Part shown: piece after piece, positions 52,595-64,000 of the stretch
Position numbering within the stretch: position 1 is the first letter of the stretch
Layout: every line of letters starts with the position of its first letter
Assembly: GCA_951406725.2 (NCBI GenBank)
Contig: OX597821.1
Coordinates: 15,438,001-15,502,000, forward strand
Length of the DNA: 64,000 nucleotides
Source: Octopus vulgaris
Taxonomy: Eukaryota
Direction of reading: 5' to 3'
The notes under the pieces: generated by a model
What the model was told of the DNA's origin: nothing
Database searches by the model: none
The model's input: the letters and a program-made list of their open reading frames with translations, nothing else
Translations under genes and position numbers: made by a program

Positions 52595-52872
52595 CAGAAA
52601 GAGCCCCTCCTTCGGTCATGAATGACCATGGGATTGCACCTAGAAAGATCCCCTCCGAGACACAAGTCTGGGCAAGGTTATTTATGGAAGACCAGCAATC
52701 TCCCATTCCCTTCACCAACGATTTTATTCAAGAGAAAGTCAAAGACGAGAACAGATTGTCACCAGTGACGTCGCAATTAATTTCTATAGCGGAGTGAACA
52801 GAAGCAACGTGAAATAACGACTTGCTCAAGAACACAACATAAAGTCAGGTTCGTGAATCGAATCCACTACAT
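52595..52872 (-). mobile_element. Degraded SINE, family D
   Basis: Minus strand has a B-box-like GGATTCGATTCAC and CTTGAGCAAG followed by a GC-rich 3' tail. Confidence 0.5.
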
Positions 52873-53238
52873 CCACATTAGATTGTTATCTTTCTATACA
52901 AGTTATTAGCATTGTCTTTGACTTTCTATCTCGGAAGCTGTAGATGTCCACTCGCATCATTTAGTTCCCTTATTGCTAGTACATTTATGTATCAAACTTT
53001 CTATTCATGTATTCTATTTATCGTCATTATTCATGAATAGCCTCCCGCAATATATGTCTAAGGACACTCTTCGGTATATCAATATTTAAGGATGCTCTGC
53101 TGTGTAAAACTAATACTAAAATTGGGAGACATTACGTAGCTGTCGTATCAGTCTCTCTCTCTCTCTCTCTCTTGCTCTCTCTATCTTTCTCTCTCTTCCT
53201 CTTGCTCTTTCATTTCTCTTTTTATTCGGTGTTCTTGT

Positions 53239-53310
<72 letters not shown>

Positions 53311-53657
53311 TAACTTTTACGCATGTTTTGTGTTGGTGAGTATGTGTGTGTGTGTGCGTGTGTATCTGTTCAGGTTTATATTTAGAAATGTTTTATTAAT
53401 TCTATGCACTTTTCTCTTTCTTATCCATGCTTCACCATAAATGCATACAAAATACTATTGTTTCTACATGTTTAATAGTTAATAAGGTGTTTTCACCTGT
53501 ATTTGTGAGCAAAATCCAGAATATTCGCCATTTTAAATTTATATATTAAGAAGCTGATATCGGTTTAGCATACTGTAGATGTCCACATTTCAAGCAATAA
53601 TTATAAAATGAAGGTTCAATAAAAAAAAATATGAAGGAAATATACGCCTGACTGTAT

Positions 53658-54040
53658 GGATGGAAGCACTCCATCGGTTACGACGACGAGGGTTCCGGTT
53701 GATCCGAACCAACGGAACAGCCTGCTCCTGAAATTAACGTGTAAGTGGCTGAGCACTCCACAAACACGTGTACCCTTAACGTAGTTCTCGGGGATATTCA
53801 GCGTGACACAGAGAGTGACAAGGCCGGCCCTTTGAAGTACAGGTACAACAGAAACAGGAAGTAAAAGTGAGAAAGTTGTGGTGAAAGAGTACAGCAGGGA
53901 TCACCACCATCCCCTGCCGGAGCCGTGTGGAGCTTTAGGTGTTTTCGCTCAATAAACACTCACAACGCCCGGTCTGGAATCGAAACCGCGATCGTATGAC
54001 CGCGAGTCCGCTGCCCTAACCACTGGGCCATTGCGCCTCC
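53658..54040 (-). mobile_element. SINE family B, full length
   Basis: TSD GCCTGACTGTAT at 53646-53657 and 54043-54054. Confidence 0.92.
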
Positions 54041-54794
54041 ATGCCTGACTGTATAACGTAAATGTGGATGATTCCTCACCCCCATTGTTTGAAAGTATGA
54101 TGGATAACCCGCTGCTACATTCATGGGTGGTTCAAGTTGATTATCAAATATTCTATACATCTATATATAAGTGTAGTCTAAGTGTTTGCCTGTGTTTGTT
54201 TATATCTCTTTCCTCTTTACTCTCACCATTACAATACAACTATATAAAATTGCAAGTTGACATTTCACTGCTTGATAACATAGATTCAGAAATAGGAATC
54301 TATCGGCTCCGACACAAAATATTTGGCTTAGATATTTCAGAACTGTCATGTGATTTTTCAGACAAACATCACCGTTATCTGCAATTTCAAAAGGAAAAAA
54401 ATTGTTCTTTCCTGCGCACGCACTCTAAGAGACACACGAGCGTGTGTCACATAAGTACATATTCCGATGCTGGAAGATGAGAATTATGTCTATAGATTGG
54501 TGCTAATCTTAGGCTCTTATGCATCCATACACATTCAATCTCTTTTTCCCTCTCTCTCACACACACGCACACACACAAACACACACACGCATATATATGA
54601 GTATGTATATACAAGGTGTCGAAATTATAAGTTTATCTGATTGGCAGCTGATGAAAGAAAATTCCTGATAATGAAAAATGCACGTTTTCTTCCCTCGCTG
54701 TGATGTATCAGAAAATATAAATCCCCGGTACACACAATATCTTCAATCTACATCACAATATAAGGATATTTTGCGACGTCTTATATAATTACGA

Positions 54795-54819
54795 TATTAT
54801 TATTATTATTATTATTATC

Positions 54820-54860
<41 letters not shown>

Positions 54861-54985
54861 CATTATTATTGTCATTATCATTATTATTATTATTATTATC
54901 ATTATTACTATTATCATTATCATTATTATTATCATTATTATTATCATTATTATCATTATTATTATTATTATCATTATTATTATTA

Positions 54986-55018
<33 letters not shown>
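54795..55018. repeat. (ATT/ATC)n trinucleotide array
   Basis: Read directly. Confidence 0.95.
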
Positions 55019-55020
<2 letters not shown>

Positions 55021-56200
55021 CAATTGTTGTGCCTATTATGTTCCCTGTTTTGTCAATATCCTTTATATATTTATGCTTAAATTTGTTTATCTTCTTGTCG
55101 TTGTGTATATCATATTAAACATTTCGGTACGTCTTTAAGTTTTTTTTATTGTAAACGGTGTTTGAAGCCTAGCACTCGAAATTATCATTATTTTGTTTTT
55201 GTTTCATAGATCAGTTTGTTTAAATCAAAACATTTAAATTTGTTAAAGAGTTGAACATTATAGAGCAATGATATGATTCCTTTTATGGTCACAGAGATCC
55301 AAAGCTAAATCAAAATATTCACATAAAACACGGAAAACAATAGACAAATTTAACTGAAAGGCTGAGATCAACAAGAAATACAGACAGATTGATAAATAAG
55401 TTATCACACACACAAAAAAAAAAATGATTGCTGAATTGAACAAAAGAATAACAAGAGAAGGCTCCTCAAATATAAGTAGGAGCACTTGCATGAGGTATCT
55501 CGAGGTAGCTCGCATAAAATTCACACAGGTTTGACTCGCCGAATACAATGCTTTCTATCATTTGTATTAATTATTTGCAGATGGGTGGAAACTAAAACAT
55601 GCATAACGATTTCATTTCAATTAATAAGAAACTTATATATTTGAACTTTAATATACTGCACTAGATATTGTGTTTTGTTATATATGATTATTAATCGATA
55701 CCAGTCAGTATCTAGTAATTTATTTCATCTCACAAACTACAAAAACTAAAACGAAAACAAAAAAAGTTGAACGAATTAAGGAATTAATACGGCTCGACCG
55801 CGTATTAGCGCTGTCAACGACTCAAATCTACTGGGATTCTTGCTCTCATGCTTAGGATTTAAAATGTCACAAGATGAATAAACAGAGTTCTACTATCCTT
55901 CAACGAAGTTAACGTTTCAGAGACAATATGTATCCGATATTCCTTTGACACTTCGAATCCAATCACTTCAGAAAGGTCACAACTTCAACTTGTCAAGCAT
56001 TAATGGAAATATTAGAATATACACAGGTTTTTTGTAGAGTATACGTGAGTATATATATGTATGTTCATAAAGATGTGTTTGTACTACGTACATAAGTGAC
56101 TATGTATGTATGTGGGGGCGTGTACATGATTGTATATGTGCTTATGTATTGGTGTGAATGTATATCATACGTGTATATATAATGTATAATATATATATAT

Positions 56201-56437
56201 AGTTGAAACACTCCTGTCACAACCTGGGACATTGAAAACTGGCTTTAATGCAAGAAAGTATACTAGCCCCTTAATATTTTATATTCAATATTTCATCTGT
56301 TCAATAAGACAATCAATATTAATGTAGAATATAGAATATATAGTATAAATATAGTAAAATGAAATGAAGTATTGATTGTCTTATTGAACAGATGAAATAT
56401 TGAATATAAAATATTAAGGGGCTAGTATACTTTCTTG
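56201..56437. mobile_element. (TA)n-abutting fold-back element with perfect 68-bp arms and a hammerhead 3' half
   Basis: Arms at 56251-56318 and 56370-56437. GAA-ACA-CTCC-TGT-C at 56205-56218. Confidence 0.7.
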
Positions 56438-56558
56438 AACTCGATCTGATATATTTTTATCCGAGTCAACTTCACCCAATCTTATGACGGAGAAGAGAGA
56501 AAAAGCGACAGAACACGAACAGTTACGAAACGTTAGCATCTGATAACACAAAGACGTC

Positions 56559-56613
<55 letters not shown>

Positions 56614-56617
<4 letters not shown>

Positions 56618-56908
56618 TGATCACGTGACCGACCAGACCATCAGATGTTGTTACGCATCGCTGGTCACAATTCACTTCGCATTGTTTTAGCCTTCGAATG
56701 ACGCCACCCCGCTGGCTAAGCGAGCAGGCCGACAGAAGAAAGAGTGGGAGAAAGAGTGGTGAAAGAGTACAGCAGGGATCACCACCCCCTGCCGGAGCCT
56801 CGTGGAGCTTTTAGGTGTTTTCGCTCAATAAACACTCACAACGCCCGGTCTGGGAATCGAAACCGCGATCCTGCGACCGCGAGTCCGCTGCGCTAACCAC
56901 TAGGCCAT
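56614..56908 (-). mobile_element. SINE with a family B head and a different 3' half
   Basis: 56740-56908 matches family B; 56614-56735 is unrelated to the tails of the other B copies. Confidence 0.8.
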
Positions 56909-57117
56909 TATATATATATATGTCTGTGTGTGCGTGCGTGTGCGTATGTATATCTACCTGTGTGCGAATGCGTACGTCTACGTCTTCGTGTGTGGGCTTG
57001 TCTATGGTCGCGAGATGTCTGTGTATATCCGTAGTATCTGTTCATCTTCACAATATTACGTATCGATGGGATCAATGCAGACGTTTGTTTATAGTTTGTA
57101 TTTGTACATGTCTTAAT

Positions 57118-57118
<1 letters not shown>

Positions 57119-57203
<85 letters not shown>
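57119..57203. repeat. (TG)n, ~42 units
   Basis: Read directly. Confidence 0.97.
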
Positions 57204-57205
<2 letters not shown>

Positions 57206-57633
57206 CAGGTTCATAACGTATGAAAATATGTTAATATAGATCATCGTGTAGATAAATGACAACAATTAAACACACACATACACACATGAACTAGTGCACA
57301 TGAGTGTGAAACGGTGAGTGAATTCATGAAGGAAGACCTCCGAAGGATTTTAGTATTAAACTATATCAGAATACTCCCATGAAAGAACGAAGTCTGGAAG
57401 TGCAAGATACAAGAGACGAGATGGAAATTATACAGATATTCAGAATGAAAGATTGCCGGATATAGAACTAATAGAGAACTTAGACACCCCACTACGCCTA
57501 ATCATTGTATGTTTATTCCAGAAATATTTGAACTAATTTCTTCTTGGCCGATAGTGTAGCAGATGAATAATACAATAGAATGGAACACGTACGTACAATA
57601 CACATACACGCATACATACGATATATATATATG

Positions 57634-57687
<54 letters not shown>

Positions 57688-57740
57688 AAGGATAATAGGA
57701 ATTCCAACTCTGTTTTTTATGTTTTATTTATATTCTTTAT

Positions 57741-57759
57741 AATATTAATGTAGGATATA

Positions 57760-57821
<62 letters not shown>

Positions 57822-57956
57822 AAATGAAATGAAGTATTGATTGTCTTATTGAATAAATGAAATATTGAATATCTAATTTTAAAGGACTAGTATACTTTCT
57901 TGTATTAAAGCCAGTCTTCAAGTTCCCAGTTTGTGACAGGAGTGTTTCAACTGTGC
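57741..57956 (-). mobile_element. Second copy of the 56201 element with a (TA)n expansion in the spacer
   Basis: AGTAAAATGAAATGAAGTATTGATTGTC..GTGACAGGAGTGTTTCAACT. Confidence 0.75.
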
Positions 57957-58107
<151 letters not shown>

Positions 58108-58370
58108 TTCGTTGCAGCACATGATCTCAGATCAAGTCAATTGCTATACAAGTACATCTTGTAGTAATAATAATAAATTAAACTGATTAGCACTACCAGT
58201 GAAGTCATTCTTTTTGTTTTTCAAATATACCTAATTGTACCAAGGACCTGAAGCAATACGTTAGATCACTGCTTTCTTTCCAAATTGAAGTTATATACAC
58301 ACTCACAGACAGAGACCCATGTGTGTCAACGTGTACACACACACACATATACATACACACTCACACACAT

Positions 58371-58438
<68 letters not shown>

Positions 58439-58443
<5 letters not shown>

Positions 58444-58530
58444 TCTGGTGTTAAACAAGGCAGTGTATTATGTCCCCCACCCATTTATGTCATAGTTGAA
58501 TTTGTACTCACAGAGCTCTTGGAGTGGTGA
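58439..58530 (+). pseudogene. Tiny non-LTR RT remnant
   Basis: TSGVKQGSVLCP matches the RT motif GV.QG..L.P. Confidence 0.45.
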
Positions 58531-59178
58531 GTGGAAAATCCAGTATTTGGGACAGTGTGCTTTTTTTAATGGACAAGGTTGAAATTAAAGAGATACAGCA
58601 CAGTTTCATATCATATAGCTAGAGTGTCTGGTTACAAATAATATGGAAGGCAGGACCACTGGAATTTCATATGTGGATGGAAAATAGTAGGAGACAGAAA
58701 GTGGGTAAGAAAGGTAGAAAAAAATCACATGCCTCCCAGTTCTTCAGAGAGAGACACTTAAGGATATTGTACCAGTCTAATTACAAAGCCGCTAAATTGC
58801 ACCACACCCAGTCATGCTTCCCGTTTCATATGTATATTTCGGTCTGCATTCATCCAAAATATATATATCAATATTTCATATCAAAATAGAATCGTTATTT
58901 CAGCTTGCAATATTTGGTTTGTGTATTGTTGCTAACATTTCATAATTCCTCAACACATGTTCATGAATATGTATTTTTCAATATCAGTCTCAGATTTAAT
59001 TCTCTGGATACTGAATAAACAAACCGATTACACTTCACTTCTCTCAATTTCCCTTATATTATCGGTTTGTATTACTTTTAATAGAAATTATTTCCCCAAA
59101 CACAAAAATACATTAAATTGAAAACTACTTATACATCTCTCTCTCTCTCTTGCTTGTTCCGTGTGTGTATATATATAC

Positions 59179-59211
<33 letters not shown>

Positions 59212-60711
59212 ATATTCACAAGCGCTCTTCCGAACATTAACACACATCACACATGTACACATATACAACTACTCACACACAAATGTATATTCTTACTTAG
59301 AAATTGTTCTACCATGAGTTCTACAGTTACAAATCGACAACTCATGCACCTATTGAAATAGATACATGGATTAATCGTATATTCATATTCACATCTCTCG
59401 CTGTCTTAGTTATATAAAATTTTATACCTCTTAGTGTGTAACGAGCTCTGATTATTACAATATAAATCTAAATCATTGCGTGAGTGCATATGTGCGTGTG
59501 TTTATACATAAACATATTGCATTGATTTCTCTCTCTCTCTTTTATAATATTGGTGGCATACCTGTGAACCAAATTAGAATGAAGCTCATGTGGAGGGAGG
59601 AAATCTTACACACCTTTTGATGCATGCGCTCATCGTTATTAGCCGCTCACACCCTTTTTTCTATATTTCTAGCAGTAACTTACAAAAATATAAAGGCTTG
59701 AAGAAAGCAGGATAAAATGTAAGCTGATAAATATAGAAAACAACTGACATGTAAGAAAATTATTTAGAGGACGGGTTTGGAGAATTAAATACATAGGTGA
59801 TTGAGGAAAGTTGCTTTGTTATTTCAGTTGATGCAAAAATGATTTCTCTTTGAAAGCCAATAGCAACTAACAGAGATGCAATGGCTGCAGAGAATAAGCA
59901 TCAGATTCGCAAGTAAAAATAGCCTCTAGCAGAGGCCTAGAATAAGAATAGAAAATGCTTCCTGAATGAATACGAAGATAAACTCGAGAAAGTTCATAGA
60001 TATATGATTAATGCAAAATAACAAAGAAGTAATTAAATAAATAATAAACAAATAAACAAATAGAATGTAACAAATAGCATGACATGCATACCAGTTAACA
60101 TGTGTGGCCATAAGAGGGCACGTTTTTCGGGTGTTTTAGAATGATACGTTGATACACAAAGCTGCTTCCATTTTTGATGTTTAAAAGAAAAAGAAGCGTC
60201 GCCTAAACAAAGAAAGGTGTTCTTGCGCAGTTTCATCCAAAGTTAAGATATATTAGAACCGAGCAGTATTGTTGGAAAATTATTAATCCAGTCGTCCTGG
60301 TGAGCTGTTAAATAGACCTGCATTATCAGGACGGCTTTTAACGCTCTTTGGACTGAGCTTGTTGGAAACCGAATTGGACAAATAAAGACACAGCTGAAAC
60401 GGAAGGGGATATTACCGGTCACTTACAACTCAATCAATATATTTAATGAATTCGTGCGGATTAAGAAAAATAAGTTGGTAATTTTGAGCTGCAAAACATT
60501 GAGGAAAGGTCTACCATTAAAGAAGTATATAATAACAATTCAGGGAATACCATAAGGGAAAGGCTTTTATGAGGTAATTACAAAAATTTGACATTATTGA
60601 TACCTCTTGACGTTACCGAGGACGATGCATTGACTGAAAAATATATAAACAGCACAGATCGAATTGTAGAGAATTTAAATTATGTAGAGAATGTAATATT
60701 GATACGAGCAG

Positions 60712-61095
60712 AGGAGGCGCAATGGCCCAGTCGTTAGGGCAGCGAACTCGCGGTCGTAGGATCGCGGTTTCGATTCCCAGACAGGGCGTTGTGAATGTTT
60801 ATTGAGCGAAAACACCTAAAGCTCCACACGGCTCCGGCAGGGGATGGTGGTGATCCCTGCGGTACTCTTTCACCACAACTTTCTCTCACTCTTACTTCCT
60901 GTTTCTGTTGTACCTGTATTTCAAAGGGCCGGCCTTGTCACTCTCTGTGTCACGTTGAATATCCCCGAGAACTACGTTAAGGGTACACGTGTCTGTGGAG
61001 TGCTCAGCCACTTACACGTTAATTTCACGAGCAGGCTGTTCCGTTGATCGGATCAACCGGAACCCTCATCGTCGTAACCGACGGAGTGCTTCCAC
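60712..61095 (+). mobile_element. SINE family B, full length
   Basis: 14-bp TSD ATTGATACGAGCAG at 60698-60711 and 61096-61109. Confidence 0.93.
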
Positions 61096-62054
61096 ATTGA
61101 TACGAGCAGTAAAAATATGTATCCAAGGTTGGTGATGGTGCTTTACCTGGTTCTGAGAATAAGGATTTCCTGGGTTTTGCAATTGATAAACTATATATCT
61201 ATTACACATTTTTATCACTTCTACTGCATTACGCTGCAACCTAACTATCTTATGCTATTCACTGAAGCATCAGTTTCTATTAGAATTCACTTAATTTTTA
61301 CCCGTCATGCCTGCTGTATTCTAATATTAATAAAATATTTGCTTACATTGTCTGCATGTACAGGAATTCATTCGGTTTTATTTTTATTGCACATTGTCGC
61401 TTGCTTTGTATTACATTTTTACGGCCATATTTTCTTTGTCTGCATATACTAGTATTCACAGAAACCAACGTTCGCTATTTCTTTCATCTACAGTAAATTT
61501 AATTTATTTTCTTTTCATAATCAGGATAGTGTTATATATGATTTCATAGATGTAAGTACGTGCACAAAATCATGTTTAATTTTTTTTTACCTTGCAGATC
61601 ATCAGTATTACTTCATGGTCACGGAACGCACACAATGCTTCACATGGAAATTATATTTGTAAGTTAGGGGTGCATCTTATACGGAATTATATCATATACG
61701 CGTGTTTATAATATCCATATATAACCATGCACATACAGGGAGTCATCGAATCAAAAATTACAACTGATGCGCACAATAAAATTTTGACACTGCTAAAATT
61801 ATTTTTTGAACGGGTCTGCTTTCAGCCCTAACTTCCCTTGTCTCAAAAGCTGCAGTTATGAAAGGTTAGAATGTGGTTTGTAGAAAACATTATATTCATA
61901 TGTATATAGTTGTCCTGCACCATGGAGTGTTTTCACTACACACCGCAGCGATTTTTCGAAAGAAAGCCTACGTACTTACATGTTAGGTTTTCCCAACCTT
62001 TTGGAACGGAGTGATTTTCACTAAAATATTGACTACATAATTAAGCCAAATTCG

Positions 62055-62119
<65 letters not shown>

Positions 62120-62229
62120 GTATATTTGGCGGTATAAACAAGATAAAAAGTACACAGTAACAGTGGTAGTTTAATCGGCAGAAGCTAATGATTAACCCCA
62201 GTCGCTACTGGAAAGATGTATAATGAAGA

Positions 62230-62720
62230 ACGTCGTTTAATCTAAATTTCATTTGTTGGCAGCGACCTGGTGAAGCTTTGCTGTTTGTGGTACCGCTTGG
62301 ATGTCATAACTCCCTTCACCTGGCGGCCTCGGCTGATGTAAACAGTTATAGACGGTTCTCCGTGTCCGAACCTGAATACCGTCCAAACCTCATGAATTGA
62401 GGGATCTCCAGTTCAATAATTCCTCTTCCCTCACACAACACTATTTACTGTATCTAATTTTTCACCATCATCATTGTTAATATGGAGACTGCTTCGCACA
62501 CACCTTGTCCCAACATCTACCAATATTTGAGTCAGTTGTTACTTTGAATAGAAGTATAACAAAATTATTGTTGTGAAGAATGCAACAATGTCTTCTTCTT
62601 CTTTTCAACAATATTGTCCTCGATTGAGGACCACTGTATTCGGTGCATTGGACACCGACATCTTCACAGAGTACACCAAAGTCTTCCGCGTGAAATGTAA
62701 TATAAATTCGGGAAGCTCGA
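62230..62720 (-). pseudogene. Possible degraded non-LTR (R4/Dong-like) RT remnant
   Basis: Minus-strand NWRSLNS*GLDGIQ..VYNCLHQ resembles NWK.PG.DGIQ....K....LH; weak. Confidence 0.28.
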
Positions 62721-63104
62721 TGGTGTGGGCGTCTATGTGTACGTCTGTATGTACATATGTGTGTTTATGCACACACACACACACACCTACATATATACAT
62801 ATGTGTCTGTATGTATGTGTGTATATTTAGTTAGATAGATTGATTAATCAGACAAACAGAGAGTGCGTGTGTGCGCGTGCGCTCTCTCTCCCACCTCACC
62901 GGGAAATGGAAAAACAATGCTTAAAATAAAAAAATAAAAAAAGTTATAATATTCTGTTCCACTATCTTAGGTCGCTTTATATGTAATACGATTTTAACTT
63001 TCATATTATTTACGTAAAAAATGATATTGATATCAGGGATGGATACAACCAGACAACATGTTTCAGACTTCTTACCAGCATGGTTATAATTCCTAACAGA
63101 CTAC

Positions 63105-63154
<50 letters not shown>

Positions 63155-63233
63155 TAGATAAATAAATAGACAGACAAAGATACAGACAGATAGATAGATA
63201 TACAAATATATATATATACATACATCTATATAA

Positions 63234-63284
<51 letters not shown>

Positions 63285-63299
63285 CATCTATATACATAC

Positions 63300-63445
63300 G
63301 ACTGAAGAAGGGGTTTTTTCGTTTTGTTAATTGTCCTGTACTCTATTTTTTGCTGTTTTTAATAAGTGTCCAGTTCCTTTGGTTTGTGTCTATGTTTTCG
63401 TTTCTCTTTGTGTTCGACGTCCCTTTGGTGTCCTGTACTCATATA
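63300..63445 (+). mobile_element. (TA)n-abutting PLE-like terminus
   Basis: Homologous (as reverse complement) to 26205-26300. Confidence 0.5.
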
Positions 63446-63514
63446 TGCGTGTATATGTACATGTAGAGGTAGGTACGTACATATATGTTTATATATATGC
63501 ATATGTTTTATTTC

Positions 63515-63552
<38 letters not shown>

Positions 63553-63596
63553 TTATATATATACATACATCTATATACATACATACATATATATAT

Positions 63597-63642
<46 letters not shown>

Positions 63643-63649
<7 letters not shown>

Positions 63650-63959
63650 GATAAGAGTAAATAATTTCTATAAAGGCTTTTAAAAAAACCCCAATTATTT
63701 ACTGGTAGAATTCGGTATGTAAATATAGCCGATTACCGAAAAAATAGAAATAGCATTCTTGACTGCTATTTCTATTTTTTTCGGTATGCGGTCAAGCAAC
63801 CTGTTTTGCCTGTCCCTTTTACTTATATACAATATATATACTGAACTTTACAGAAGTTCCTGCCGGTAATCGGCTATATTTACATACCGAATTCTACCAG
63901 TAAATAATTGGGTTTTTTTTAAAAGCCTTTATAGAAATTATTTACTCTTATCATTATAT
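63643..63959. repeat. (TA)n-abutting fold-back element with 96-bp inverted arms and a nested hairpin
   Basis: Arms at 63643-63738 and 63864-63959 with one visible mismatch. An inner hairpin of ~22 bp spans 63734-63786. Confidence 0.88.
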
Positions 63960-64000
63960 TACTATTTGGGTTTTTCACTCCCTTTGACAACCTAACTGTA

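Noticed and set aside
54648-54675. CTGATGA-AA-GAAA
   Set aside because: No stem II and no stem I/III complementarity.
55424-55535. Peptide ISRSTCMRYL resembling a Tc1-type HTH
   Set aside because: Too short, with no TIR or DDE region found.
61525-61551. 27-nt micro-exon candidate
   Set aside because: It would leave only a 46-nt intron to the next acceptor; likely chance splice-like signals.

Overview
This is an AT-rich, repeat-dominated eukaryotic window with no confidently identifiable host protein-coding gene. Most entries in the ORF track are (TA)n/(CA)n/(ATT)n microsatellite artefacts. The repeat repertoire best fits an Octopus-type cephalopod genome; this is an inference from SINE families and microsatellite load. 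Supported content: one nearly full-length but frameshifted APE+RT LINE (45089-48346), an internally deleted Tc1 element with TIRs (50197-51211), several tRNA-derived SINE families (four copies with 12-14 bp TSDs), mariner, hAT, pogo and Helitron non-autonomous elements, and a Penelope GIY-YIG remnant. The most interesting signal is a set of short non-coding elements abutting (TA)n tracts that carry minimal type I hammerhead-ribozyme motifs. Two of them (30361-30593 and 48420-48646) are fold-back palindromes that place a hammerhead on each strand, and their arms are homogenised within each copy. All structures were read by eye; no ribozyme activity or database identity has been tested.
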